Origin: a virus
Taxonomy: Duplodnaviria; Caudoviricetes
Virus record (IMG/VR): IMGVR_UViG_3300031965_000087
Location: 1-37,573 of that record
DNA: 37,573 bases
Reading direction: 5' to 3' (one strand)
This document shows positions 15,481-24,047 of the stretch, piece after piece. How positions within the stretch are numbered: position 1 is the stretch's first letter; every line of letters begins with the position of its first letter. The notes beneath the pieces are model-generated. The model was given only the letters and a program-made list of their open reading frames with translations, was not told the DNA's origin and ran no database searches. Both the position numbers and the translations under genes were made by a program.

Positions 15481-16422
15481 TCAGGTCTTGATGATGTGGT
15501 TGAGCAAGAGATAGGGCTGCAAGTTGTTGTGCGCGCCGCCGCCACCGGCGTGCGCCGTCGTCGGTTGAGTGATCTGGTAGGACCCACCGACGAACGCGCC
15601 GGAGCCAGCACCGGGGGCGTACGTGAAGAACCCGGACGCGTCGCTCGCGTGCTCGTGCGACGGCATCTCTGCTGTGGTCAGCGTGTGGGTCTCCGCGCCG
15701 CCGCTCCCACCGAGCGTGTTCGCCGCCGCCAGACGCCCGGCGTCGGAGCCGCCCATGTTGTCGAGCCCCACGCCGACACGGCCGCGGAGGTCGGGGACGT
15801 TGAACGTCGTCGAGCCGTCACCGATACCGAACGTGGTGCCGATCGCGGTGAACAGGTCCGCGTACGTGGTGCGCGAGACCGCCTGGCCGTAGCAGAGGAG
15901 CCAGCCGGTCGGTGCTGCCGAGCCACCGAAGGGGACGATGATCCCGGTCGGTGACAGCAGGTACTGGGGGTGGTCGTCGTCGGCGAGGCCGGTCAGCACC
16001 CCGTGGTCGAGGGTGCCGCCGAGCTGCCCGATATCGAGTTCGGTCTCGTCGACGTCGAGGAGGTCGCCGTTCGCGTCGAGGCCATGCCCGGCCATCGAGG
16101 CGGTGAACTCTTCGGGGTCGACGACGAGTGTGGAGCCGGATGCGTCGAGGCCGTTGCCTGCGAGCGCGGTCGCGAGGTCGGCGAGGCTGACGTCGATGGT
16201 GACGTCGACTTCCTCCTGGGTGGCGTCGTCGATGGTGGTGATCGTGATGCGCGCGGAGCCGGGGTGGACGTTGATGGTGCGCCGCGTGCCCGCGAGGGTG
16301 CCGTCGTTCTTGATCGCGACGCGGGCGTTCGCGTCGAGGTGGTCGCCGATCGTGTCGGGACGTTGCGCGAGTGGTCCGCCTTCGATGGTGTCGGGACGGA
16401 GGGAGAGCGGCCCGGTGGTCAC
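15481..16422 (-). CDS. Tail fibre with tail-collar domain
   Basis: DHGVLTGLADDDHPQY; PTGIIVPFGG..APTGWLLC.G..VSRTTY..LF..IGT.FG.GDGSTTFNVPDLRGR; HNNLQPY...IIKT. Confidence 0.92.
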   Translation of the reverse strand: MTTGPLSLRPDTIEGGPLAQRPDTIGDHLDANARVAIKNDGTLAGTRRTINVHPGSARITITTIDDATQEEVDVTIDVSLADLATALAGNGLDASGSTLVVDPEEFTASMAGHGLDANGDLLDVDETELDIGQLGGTLDHGVLTGLADDDHPQYLLSPTGIIVPFGGSAAPTGWLLCYGQAVSRTTYADLFTAIGTTFGIGDGSTTFNVPDLRGRVGVGLDNMGGSDAGRLAAANTLGGSGGAETHTLTTAEMPSHEHASDASGFFTYAPGAGSGAFVGGSYQITQPTTAHAGGGGAHNNLQPYLLLNHIIKT

Positions 16423-16448
16423 TTGACACCCGGCTCTATGGTGTGCGT

Positions 16449-16577
16449 ATGCGTTGGATCGTGCTGCTCGTGTTCGCCGCAGGCTGCTACACGGCCCCCA
16501 CGGTTGATCCGGCACCGTCCACGACGACGACCGAGCCGCAGGTCACCTGCCAATCGCTCGACTGCATCAACCCGTAG
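16449..16577 (+). CDS. Antisense micro-lipoprotein, 42 aa (moron-like)
   Basis: MRWIVLLVFAAGC lipobox-like sequence; TATGGT-6nt-ATG; occupies the intergenic gap. Confidence 0.6.
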   Translation: MRWIVLLVFAAGCYTAPTVDPAPSTTTTEPQVTCQSLDCINP

Positions 16578-16580
16578 CAT

Positions 16581-17105
16581 CTAAAAACCCACCGGGATCG
16601 CGCCGACGACGTCTGAGATGTCGAGTTCGACGTACGCCTCGTAGATCCGCCATTCGGCAGTCCCATCGGATTCGAGTCCGAGGGACTCCAACAGCAGCCG
16701 TGAGCCATCAACGAGCGCTTGCGAGAGGAACGCCGGCTTGCCGAAGGCCGGAGTAACAAGATCAAGAGTTTTTTCTTCGGTGGTGATCGTCGCCGTCGGC
16801 GACCAACCGGACCCAGCAACAGCAATATTTGCCGCGGTAGTCCATGTCGCGCCGTAGGACTCGAACCCGTTCGCGGCACCGTTCTGGTTGTGGCGAAGTC
16901 CGATCCGCGCGGCCGTCACCACGCCTGAAAGAGCGGCGGTCGTCAAGTCGAACCGTGCCGTTGACCCGGCAGCGTCTACGTTGCCCAAAATGTATGTCGC
17001 GTCCGACCCGTCGGTGACGACGCCGTGTTGCGTCGACCCGCCGGTCCGCGTCCAGGTGGACAGGATGGTCGCGTCGGGTGTGAGAGTGATCGTCCGCGTT
17101 GCCAT
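16581..17105 (-). CDS. Tail-associated beta-sandwich protein
   Basis: Coupled to the fibre gene; TITLTPD...DGSDATYI; more AT-rich codons. Confidence 0.75.
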   Translation of the reverse strand: MATRTITLTPDATILSTWTRTGGSTQHGVVTDGSDATYILGNVDAAGSTARFDLTTAALSGVVTAARIGLRHNQNGAANGFESYGATWTTAANIAVAGSGWSPTATITTEEKTLDLVTPAFGKPAFLSQALVDGSRLLLESLGLESDGTAEWRIYEAYVELDISDVVGAIPVGF

Positions 17106-18331
17106 CAGGCCAACCGATACTGGACAGTCACGACAAGATCCGCACCCGCGACCGTCGACCCCACGAAGTCGATGTCACACGTCAAATACTGAGTCGCCGA
17201 CACTGCGGTCACGTCAGGCGCGACGACTGCCGTCTCCTGCTTCGCGGATTCCGCGATCGTCGGACGGTTCGCTTGCGTCGTGAACACCGTCGTCCCACTC
17301 CGATGGACGTCCACCACCAAGGACTGACCCGAAATCGGCGTGGACGTCGTGCCGGTCGGTGCGGTCTCCACATCGAGCAGAATCCCGACGAGCGTCACCG
17401 CGGCCTCGAACCGCATACGCATCGTCCCGGTACCAGTCGTCAACGTCCCCGAACGGGAGAACCTCGCGCTGCGAATGTTCACTGCCGACGAGAGATGCGC
17501 GACATCAATGGACCCGTCAACATACTGGTCCGAGTCGACACTGTTCGCGGACATGTGATCCAGGTCGACCGCACCAGTCGCGATGTGCTCCGAATCGACT
17601 GCGTCGTCCGCGATCTTCGTCCCGTCGACGACATCCGCGGCGAGATGCGCCGAGTCGATCGACCCGTCCACATACTGGTCCGAGTCCACCGAGTTCGCGC
17701 TCATGTGGATCAGGTCGATGCTGCCGTCGACGTACTGATCCGAGTCGACACTGTTCGCGGACATGTGAACAAGGTCGATCGACCCGTCCACATACTGGTC
17801 AGAATCCACCGAGTTCGCGGACATGTGCACCACGTCGATCGACCCGTCGGCGATGCCACCCGAATCGACTTTCGCGTACTCCGGTGCCGACGCCCCCGCC
17901 ACCAACGGCAACCCCTGAGTCCCGAGCGTCAACGCAGCAAGACTGTTATCCCCATCCGCGGTGACGATGTCGCCAGCTGCATTCGCGGCGCCGGTCACCT
18001 CACTCACGATGTAGTTCGCCTCGTCGACATCAGCCGCCGAGATACACGGCCGGATCGTCGCCCCCGACGAATGCGTCGCCGCCGCGGTCCCATCAGCGCC
18101 CCTCGCGCCGACCGTCAACGTCAACGTCGACCGTGACGTCACATCGACTTTCTCTTCCGACGACGTGCCCTCGTCGACCACCACGAAGAAATGCCCTGCG
18201 GAACCGTCCGGCCAGCCAGTCGCGACACCAATCGAGATCGACGTGTCACCCGTCCCGATCCCCGACGAGATCGTCGTCTCGACCGCGCCGCCCTCGTAGT
18301 CCATCCTGCTGTATGCCGCTCTACCAGCCAC
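17105..18331 (-). CDS. Tail fibre/spike with 10/20-aa repeat shaft
   Basis: N-terminal anchor (EEKV...RGADGT.A..H..GA.I), repeats, C-terminal domain with GADLVVTV; GGAGG RBS. Confidence 0.85.
   Translation of the reverse strand: MAGRAAYSRMDYEGGAVETTISSGIGTGDTSISIGVATGWPDGSAGHFFVVVDEGTSSEEKVDVTSRSTLTLTVGARGADGTAAATHSSGATIRPCISAADVDEANYIVSEVTGAANAAGDIVTADGDNSLAALTLGTQGLPLVAGASAPEYAKVDSGGIADGSIDVVHMSANSVDSDQYVDGSIDLVHMSANSVDSDQYVDGSIDLIHMSANSVDSDQYVDGSIDSAHLAADVVDGTKIADDAVDSEHIATGAVDLDHMSANSVDSDQYVDGSIDVAHLSSAVNIRSARFSRSGTLTTGTGTMRMRFEAAVTLVGILLDVETAPTGTTSTPISGQSLVVDVHRSGTTVFTTQANRPTIAESAKQETAVVAPDVTAVSATQYLTCDIDFVGSTVAGADLVVTVQYRLA
17490..17870 (-). repeat. Coding repeats (MSANSVDSDQYVDGSIDxxH), about 60-nt period
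   Basis: Four near-identical 20-aa units plus degenerate 10-aa units; ends approximate. Confidence 0.85.
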
Positions 18332-18419
18332 AGTGGCCTCCTAACAGCCTCATAGTAGGGTCCCAGCCACCTGGGAGCCGCGATGCGCGAACGGGCCTCA
18401 CACGCCAAAACTGGGGCAT

Positions 18420-20261
18420 CTACGAGACGACCTTCAACCGGGCCAAGAAACAGCCTTGCCACCCCTTCGACCCCGGCTTCGACCGCACATCAGGCCGCCA
18501 CTCGTAATCATCGACGATCACCGACAACGCCAACCCGCCCTCCTGGTAGACGACCACCTCACGCGACGCGTTCAACGCCTTCAACGTCGCGACCGTCTCC
18601 GCCGGGTTCACCAAATACTGGGTGCCGCCATCACGAGACATCGACTGGAAGATCAACAACGGCACCGTGATCTGCGGGTTCACCTTCGGGGCCGCCTGCA
18701 CCTGCACCGTCCACCCCACTACCGTCGGACCCGTCGACGCCACACTCGCACTACGCGTCAACACGGCTTGCACCTCGAACCGAGTCGCGCGTAGCTCATT
18801 CACACCGAACACATCAGACGACGCGTCAACCTCACTCGTCGTCCCCGTCGCCTGGAATGTCGACCCGCCATCCGTCGCGATCGACCATGCCACCGTCCCC
18901 ACGAACCCAGTCCCGTACGCGACGTCGAGCTCGAGTGCGATCTTCTCGTCCGCGAGCCCGAAGTCAGCGGTGCCTGACGTGATCGTCCCCGACGCGACCA
19001 GATCCGTGTCTTGCCCGTAGAACCCGGCACCTGACACTGCGAAGTATCTCCGGTCGCCGAACGTCACGACGGACAGCACCGCACCTTGCGTCGTTGCCAT
19101 CAGATCACTCGCGTACGCGACTTGTTGTGCTTCGGCGTCGCCCCACCTCGTCACGTCGGCACGCCACAACCCGGTCGATGTCGCGTCGTAGTTCGTGTAC
19201 CCGCCCCACACGAACCGTTCCTGACCCTCGAAGCATCGGACGGCACCAGGGGTCGACACGTTCGCGCCGACCCGCAACGACCCCGTCTGGTCCGGCACCG
19301 AGAACCGCCACCCTTTGTCGGTCCCGATGAACACCGTCCCCAAGTACGAGCCGATGGACCGGACGATCTCACCGTCAGGGAGTTCCGCCGCGACGATCGG
19401 CTGATCCGGTCCCGTCGCGTCGGCGCGGAGCCCGATCCGGTAGATGAGCGACTTGTCGCCTGCGTACCCGGCCGCGTACACAGCGTTGGGGCCTTCGGTG
19501 AACCCGACCCACACCCATGTCGACGTCGGCTGCGTGTACAGGCTGATGAAATCACCGGCTGATTCGTAGAACACCTCGGCGTTCTCTGTGCCCCACAGAC
19601 GGCCTTTCGCGAAGCCGAGCACGTCGATGTCCTCAGTGTCGAACACCGACGCGGCACCCGTGCTCGTGTCCGTCACATACACGTTCGTGCCGTCCGTCAC
19701 CCACACCCGGTACCCGTCACTCGCGAGGTCAAGCTTCGCGTTCGCGCCCGTGTCGGTGACCGTCACCTCGGTCCACGAATCCGCCGTCGGATCCGCGACG
19801 TACTTCAACGCGGTGCCGTCGATGTAGTAGAGCCGCGTCCCGGCGACGACCATCTTGAGGTTCGTGTTCGCCGACACCACCTTGATGTCCGTCGCCGGCA
19901 ACAACGACACCTCGTTCTCGGTCCACACGTCGACGCCTTTGCTCGCATGGAACCGGCCGGGAGTAGCCCCGAACCGATCCAACGCGGCTTGCCCGGCACC
20001 GAGATGCCATGTGCTGCGCGACCGCCGCCACAACCCTTCCGGGTTCACCGACTGCTCGCCCGGCTCACGCGAATCGTCGCCCTGCGCACGCAGCAGACGG
20101 ACACTCTGATGCTTGAACTCCGACTGGTAGAGCGAGTCGATGAGGAACCCGACACCGTTCAACGACACGTCATGCAACCCCGGTACCGTCGACACGACAG
20201 CAGCACCCGAGTAGAACCCACCCGAGAACCCTTGCGTCAGATGAAACGTGAACTCAGCCAT
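18420..20261 (-). CDS. Tail tubular protein B / nozzle-like beta-propeller
   Basis: About 613 aa, beta-rich, WHLGAGQ and SKGVDVW motifs; follows tubular A. Confidence 0.75.
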   Translation of the reverse strand: MAEFTFHLTQGFSGGFYSGAAVVSTVPGLHDVSLNGVGFLIDSLYQSEFKHQSVRLLRAQGDDSREPGEQSVNPEGLWRRSRSTWHLGAGQAALDRFGATPGRFHASKGVDVWTENEVSLLPATDIKVVSANTNLKMVVAGTRLYYIDGTALKYVADPTADSWTEVTVTDTGANAKLDLASDGYRVWVTDGTNVYVTDTSTGAASVFDTEDIDVLGFAKGRLWGTENAEVFYESAGDFISLYTQPTSTWVWVGFTEGPNAVYAAGYAGDKSLIYRIGLRADATGPDQPIVAAELPDGEIVRSIGSYLGTVFIGTDKGWRFSVPDQTGSLRVGANVSTPGAVRCFEGQERFVWGGYTNYDATSTGLWRADVTRWGDAEAQQVAYASDLMATTQGAVLSVVTFGDRRYFAVSGAGFYGQDTDLVASGTITSGTADFGLADEKIALELDVAYGTGFVGTVAWSIATDGGSTFQATGTTSEVDASSDVFGVNELRATRFEVQAVLTRSASVASTGPTVVGWTVQVQAAPKVNPQITVPLLIFQSMSRDGGTQYLVNPAETVATLKALNASREVVVYQEGGLALSVIVDDYEWRPDVRSKPGSKGWQGCFLARLKVVS

Positions 20262-21150
20262 ACGCCGGGTCCGGGTACCTGCGTGCAAGACGATCCAACT
20301 CGTTCTGCAACGCCTTCTCGTACCGCACTTCCCACGCCCGCGCCGCACCAATGTTCGCGCCCGCCGGGACTTCCGCCGCACGACGCGTATCACCTTGGGA
20401 CTCGAACACGTTCCGGGCAGTCTCCCGCCAATACACCATCTGCATCGCCGCCGCGATCTTGAGCAACCGGATCGCCTCAGACGGGAACCCTGCATCAACC
20501 TCCAACGACTGCGACGTCGCCGTCAACCGAGTAAACGGCGACTTGTACTGCACCCGCAGCTGACGGCCCGGCTGCGCATACCCGTACACGACGAGCTGCA
20601 ACCCAGATGCGAAATCGTCGGTCTCCGCGTCGCGACGCAACTCCCACTGATCCCTCGGAACCCGCGGCCATTCCTTCATCGACCCAGTGTCCTGGTAGTA
20701 GACCGCGTACACATCCTCGACATCAGTCAACCCAGTCAAGTTGTACCCCTCACGCGACGACGTGTAGGTCAACTCGAGACTGTTCATCGTGAACAAGCCT
20801 TCACCGGAGAGGTCGTCGAGCGCGTCGTTGAGCATGTCGAGGAGACCGAGGCGGGAGAACTTCGGGTCGACGACGATCGCGACACCAGCCGTGTGGGTCG
20901 CCGCAGTCGAACCTTCGTACGCGCGGATCACGGTCGCGGTCTTCGTCGGGTCGTCCACAGAACGGACGAACATCAACTCGTCTTCGACTTCGAGGACGGC
21001 GCCTTCTTGGATGCCACGCAGATCATCGGAGACGACAACCGATGTGCCCGTCGTGTCGGACAAGGTGGTCGCGAGGACGTTGATCTCCTCGCGGGTACCG
21101 GCGAGCAACATGCGGCGGGCAGAAGTGATGACAGAACCAGCAGTGGTCAT
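20254..21150 (-). CDS. Tail tubular protein A / adaptor
   Basis: About 298 aa; RAYEGSTAATH insert, LNDAL, QYKSPF; position before tubular B. Confidence 0.75.
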   Translation of the reverse strand: MTTAGSVITSARRMLLAGTREEINVLATTLSDTTGTSVVVSDDLRGIQEGAVLEVEDELMFVRSVDDPTKTATVIRAYEGSTAATHTAGVAIVVDPKFSRLGLLDMLNDALDDLSGEGLFTMNSLELTYTSSREGYNLTGLTDVEDVYAVYYQDTGSMKEWPRVPRDQWELRRDAETDDFASGLQLVVYGYAQPGRQLRVQYKSPFTRLTATSQSLEVDAGFPSEAIRLLKIAAAMQMVYWRETARNVFESQGDTRRAAEVPAGANIGAARAWEVRYEKALQNELDRLARRYPDPAYG

Positions 21151-21887
21151 GGTGTCCTCGCGTGGTGAGCAGCGGACGCGAAGTTCCATTTCGACGCGTC
21201 GGCGACAGGGATGGGAGCGACCCCGGCACGGGTCGTGTACCCGTCGAGGAGGTCTTGCCAGTGGCGAGTCCAGTCCACGATGCGTGGGCCACGTTCGGTG
21301 CCGACACCGATAAGAGGCTGGTCGAGCACCTTCCACCATTTCGCACCCAACGTCGACCACGCATACGAGTAGTACGTGTCGAAATGGCGGACCCCTTCGG
21401 CGAGGTCGAGGGTCGACATCCGGTAGATGTTCGACGTGCAGAGCGTCGCCGCGATGAGCAACGACGGGTCGTCGCGGACCGCGTCGATGAACTGCCCGTC
21501 GGAGAACACCTTCCCGCGAACCCATTCGGAGATCAGACCGTCAGCCGGTTCGGAGAACAGGATGAGCCGATCGGCTTGACCGTCGAGCTCGGGGAGGATC
21601 ACATCGAACGCACCGGGGAGGACCCAGTCGTCGTCGCCGATCACCCACAGCCATTCCGTCTCGCACACGGCGAGGGCCCGGAGCACGTTCGCGTCACGGT
21701 CGAGCCGGTAGTTGCGTTGGGAGTAGTCGACGTCGGGGAACTCCTCACATGGGATCCGTGCTGTCCCGTCAGGTGAGTCGTCCGAGACGATCACTGTCAC
21801 TTCGGGACGCCAAGCAATCGACGCGAGGAGCCGCTGCAACGTGTGGGGTCGCTCGTAGGCGGGAACGTAGACCGTCAAGTCAGCCAT
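21147..21887 (-). CDS. GT2-family (GT-A) glycosyltransferase
   Basis: LTVYVPAYER, VSDDSPD, WLWVIGDDD. Confidence 0.9.
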   Translation of the reverse strand: MADLTVYVPAYERPHTLQRLLASIAWRPEVTVIVSDDSPDGTARIPCEEFPDVDYSQRNYRLDRDANVLRALAVCETEWLWVIGDDDWVLPGAFDVILPELDGQADRLILFSEPADGLISEWVRGKVFSDGQFIDAVRDDPSLLIAATLCTSNIYRMSTLDLAEGVRHFDTYYSYAWSTLGAKWWKVLDQPLIGVGTERGPRIVDWTRHWQDLLDGYTTRAGVAPIPVADASKWNFASAAHHARTP

Positions 21888-23106
21888 GAGGCAACACCCA
21901 CTCGCCGTCGAATTCGACGCGGTCGACGATTTCGTCGTGGAAGTTCCATGCGAGGAGCACCGCGACGTCCGCCGACGCGAGGTGAGACTCGTCGACGATC
22001 GGGATGTCGGTCCCCGGCATCACCTGGCCTTGCTTGCCTGGTGTCGTGTCACACACGAAGTCGAGGTCGACGCCCGACACGGCGAGGAGCACTGCGCCTT
22101 TCGCGGCTGCGCCGTACCCACACACTCGCTTCCCGGCACGGCGGGCTCGTTCCACGATCCGTACGAGCCGTTCACAATCGAGCGTCATGTCCCGATCGAG
22201 CGTCCACCGCACCGACGATTCCCTACCGATGAGGTCGAGGACCGTCTCGGTGGGGATCCCACGGTGACGGAGCTGGTAGCGGATCGAGCCGCCATGCACG
22301 TCGAGTCGGTCGGCGTCGGTGACGATCAGGCCGTGCTTCTCCGCGAGGCGACACATCGCCGTCGCGGACCAGTAGAAGACATGCTCGTGGTACAGGGTGT
22401 CCCACGCGAGGCCCTGCACATGAGGCGACTCGATGTACGCGACGCCGTCAGGGTCGAGGAGCGTCTTGATTCCCGCCATGATCGTGTGCGGATCCGGGCA
22501 GTGGGCCATCACGTTGTTCGCGTGGACGACTCTCGCCGGTCCGTGCGACGCACGAATCTGCTCCGCGAGCCGCTCCGTGAAGAACTCGCGACGAGTCGGG
22601 ACATCAGCCGGCACGTCAGACGGGTCGACCCCCACGACCCGACAGTCGTAGTGGCGCAACAGGTAGCCGTCGTTGCTGCCGATCTCGACCACGAAGTCCT
22701 GCTCCCCGACGTCTTGGGCTTCGACCAAGGCTTTCGCGGCAGCAACGAACGTCGTCGACAAGCTCGACCGGTACGGGTACTCGCAGAACATGACGGACGG
22801 GTCGACGATCTCCTCGAGTTGCGCGAGGACACAGTCGTCGCACACCTCGACCCGGACCGGGAACCGTGGCGCGTCGTTGGTGAACGAGTTCGCGAGGGGG
22901 ATCGACCCGAGGTCCGCGACGATGCGGGTTGGTGACCCGCACACTCGACACGCGGCGAATGTGTCGTCGTCGGCGTTGAGGGCACAGCGGGCGTCCATCA
23001 TGTAGAGACCACGCCGAGACTTGCCGTGGGTGGTGTCCCACCCGTTGTCGGGCGCGTAGCAATGCAGGTCGTAGAGGGCCTTCGCGACGGTCTCGACGCG
23101 AGTCAT
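21880..23106 (-). CDS. NDP-sugar C-methyltransferase family protein with an extra N-terminal module
   Basis: CRVC...PLANSF...CDDC.LAQL Zn domain, VEIGSNDG, NNVMAH, YHEH, HGGSI, GYGAAAKG, KQG..MPG, LLAWNF. Confidence 0.92.
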   Translation of the reverse strand: MTRVETVAKALYDLHCYAPDNGWDTTHGKSRRGLYMMDARCALNADDDTFAACRVCGSPTRIVADLGSIPLANSFTNDAPRFPVRVEVCDDCVLAQLEEIVDPSVMFCEYPYRSSLSTTFVAAAKALVEAQDVGEQDFVVEIGSNDGYLLRHYDCRVVGVDPSDVPADVPTRREFFTERLAEQIRASHGPARVVHANNVMAHCPDPHTIMAGIKTLLDPDGVAYIESPHVQGLAWDTLYHEHVFYWSATAMCRLAEKHGLIVTDADRLDVHGGSIRYQLRHRGIPTETVLDLIGRESSVRWTLDRDMTLDCERLVRIVERARRAGKRVCGYGAAAKGAVLLAVSGVDLDFVCDTTPGKQGQVMPGTDIPIVDESHLASADVAVLLAWNFHDEIVDRVEFDGEWVLPHG

Positions 23107-24047
23107 CGCAGCACTATCGTGAACCGGGAGATCACATCGTCGACCGTGTGGTCTTCCATGACCGACCGGAGTGTCCGGGTGTACCCGTCGGAGTCGTCTG
23201 ACCGGTACTCGTGGCGAGGGTCGTCCGCGTCGATCAACGTCACCGTGTCGCCCGACAAGATGTAGTTCCACGGGCGGACATCGCCGTGGCCTTCTCGGTA
23301 GCCGACCATGTCCGCGATCGTGGACCGTGACGGTGTGAACCCGCCGCACGCCAGGTAGGTGAGGAGGTTGATGCCCCGCACCCAGTTCCGGGTCTCGTTC
23401 TTGCGGGGCAGATCAACCGACTTGTAGAACAGGCTCGACCGGATCCGCACATCCGTTGCCTTCGGTGCCCCCAAGTATGGGAGCGTACGAATCGACGTGC
23501 GTTTCTCGGCGCCGACGACGAACACCGGCCGGATGCCCCCGAGGTGAGATCCGACTTCACCCAACGTCAGAGCATCAGCGGGGATGTCTGTATCGGTGAC
23601 GATGTGCTGCCCACACGCGACCGGTTCCGTCGCCGGTTCCACAACGACGAGGTCACCGAGGGACCGCAAGACGTTGAGGGTCTCGTCGAACGGTGCGTCG
23701 AGGTGATGCAAGACCGACAGCGCGAAGATCACGTCGAAGTGCTCCACCTCCGCGAGAGCCCGCAACCAATCGAGACTGATCGACTGGTCGAGACCGATGA
23801 CACGCGGATGGTCGTTCACGGTGAGGACCCTGCGGAGGTCCGGGTCGTGATCCACCGCGACCGCCGTGCAATCCTCGTACGTCTCCGCGGCGCGCAACGA
23901 GAAGTACCCGAGGTTCGCGCCCAAGTCGAGGACCGTGAACGGCCGCCGATACCGGTCGAGGACCCACCGGATCAGTCGCCACCGGTCGTCGCAGACACGT
24001 TCCCCTGCCGCGACGACCTCGCCGTGGAGCCACTCAGGCTGGTACAT
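23103..24047 (-). CDS. Class I SAM methyltransferase with kinase-like C-terminus (WbdD-like)
   Basis: YQP...R.C..R...RPFTVLDLGANLGYFSL...FDVIFALSVLHH; C-terminal HGDVRPWN...LID. Confidence 0.8.
   Translation of the reverse strand: MYQPEWLHGEVVAAGERVCDDRWRLIRWVLDRYRRPFTVLDLGANLGYFSLRAAETYEDCTAVAVDHDPDLRRVLTVNDHPRVIGLDQSISLDWLRALAEVEHFDVIFALSVLHHLDAPFDETLNVLRSLGDLVVVEPATEPVACGQHIVTDTDIPADALTLGEVGSHLGGIRPVFVVGAEKRTSIRTLPYLGAPKATDVRIRSSLFYKSVDLPRKNETRNWVRGINLLTYLACGGFTPSRSTIADMVGYREGHGDVRPWNYILSGDTVTLIDADDPRHEYRSDDSDGYTRTLRSVMEDHTVDDVISRFTIVLR

Noticed and set aside
16423-16428. TTGACA as the -35 of the micro-lipoprotein promoter
   Set aside because: Only 8 nt from the TATGGT hexamer, which is incompatible spacing
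17490-17870. Possible DGR template/variable repeats in the fibre
   Set aside because: Tandem in-frame repeats with mostly synonymous, not adenine-specific, differences; no reverse transcriptase in the window
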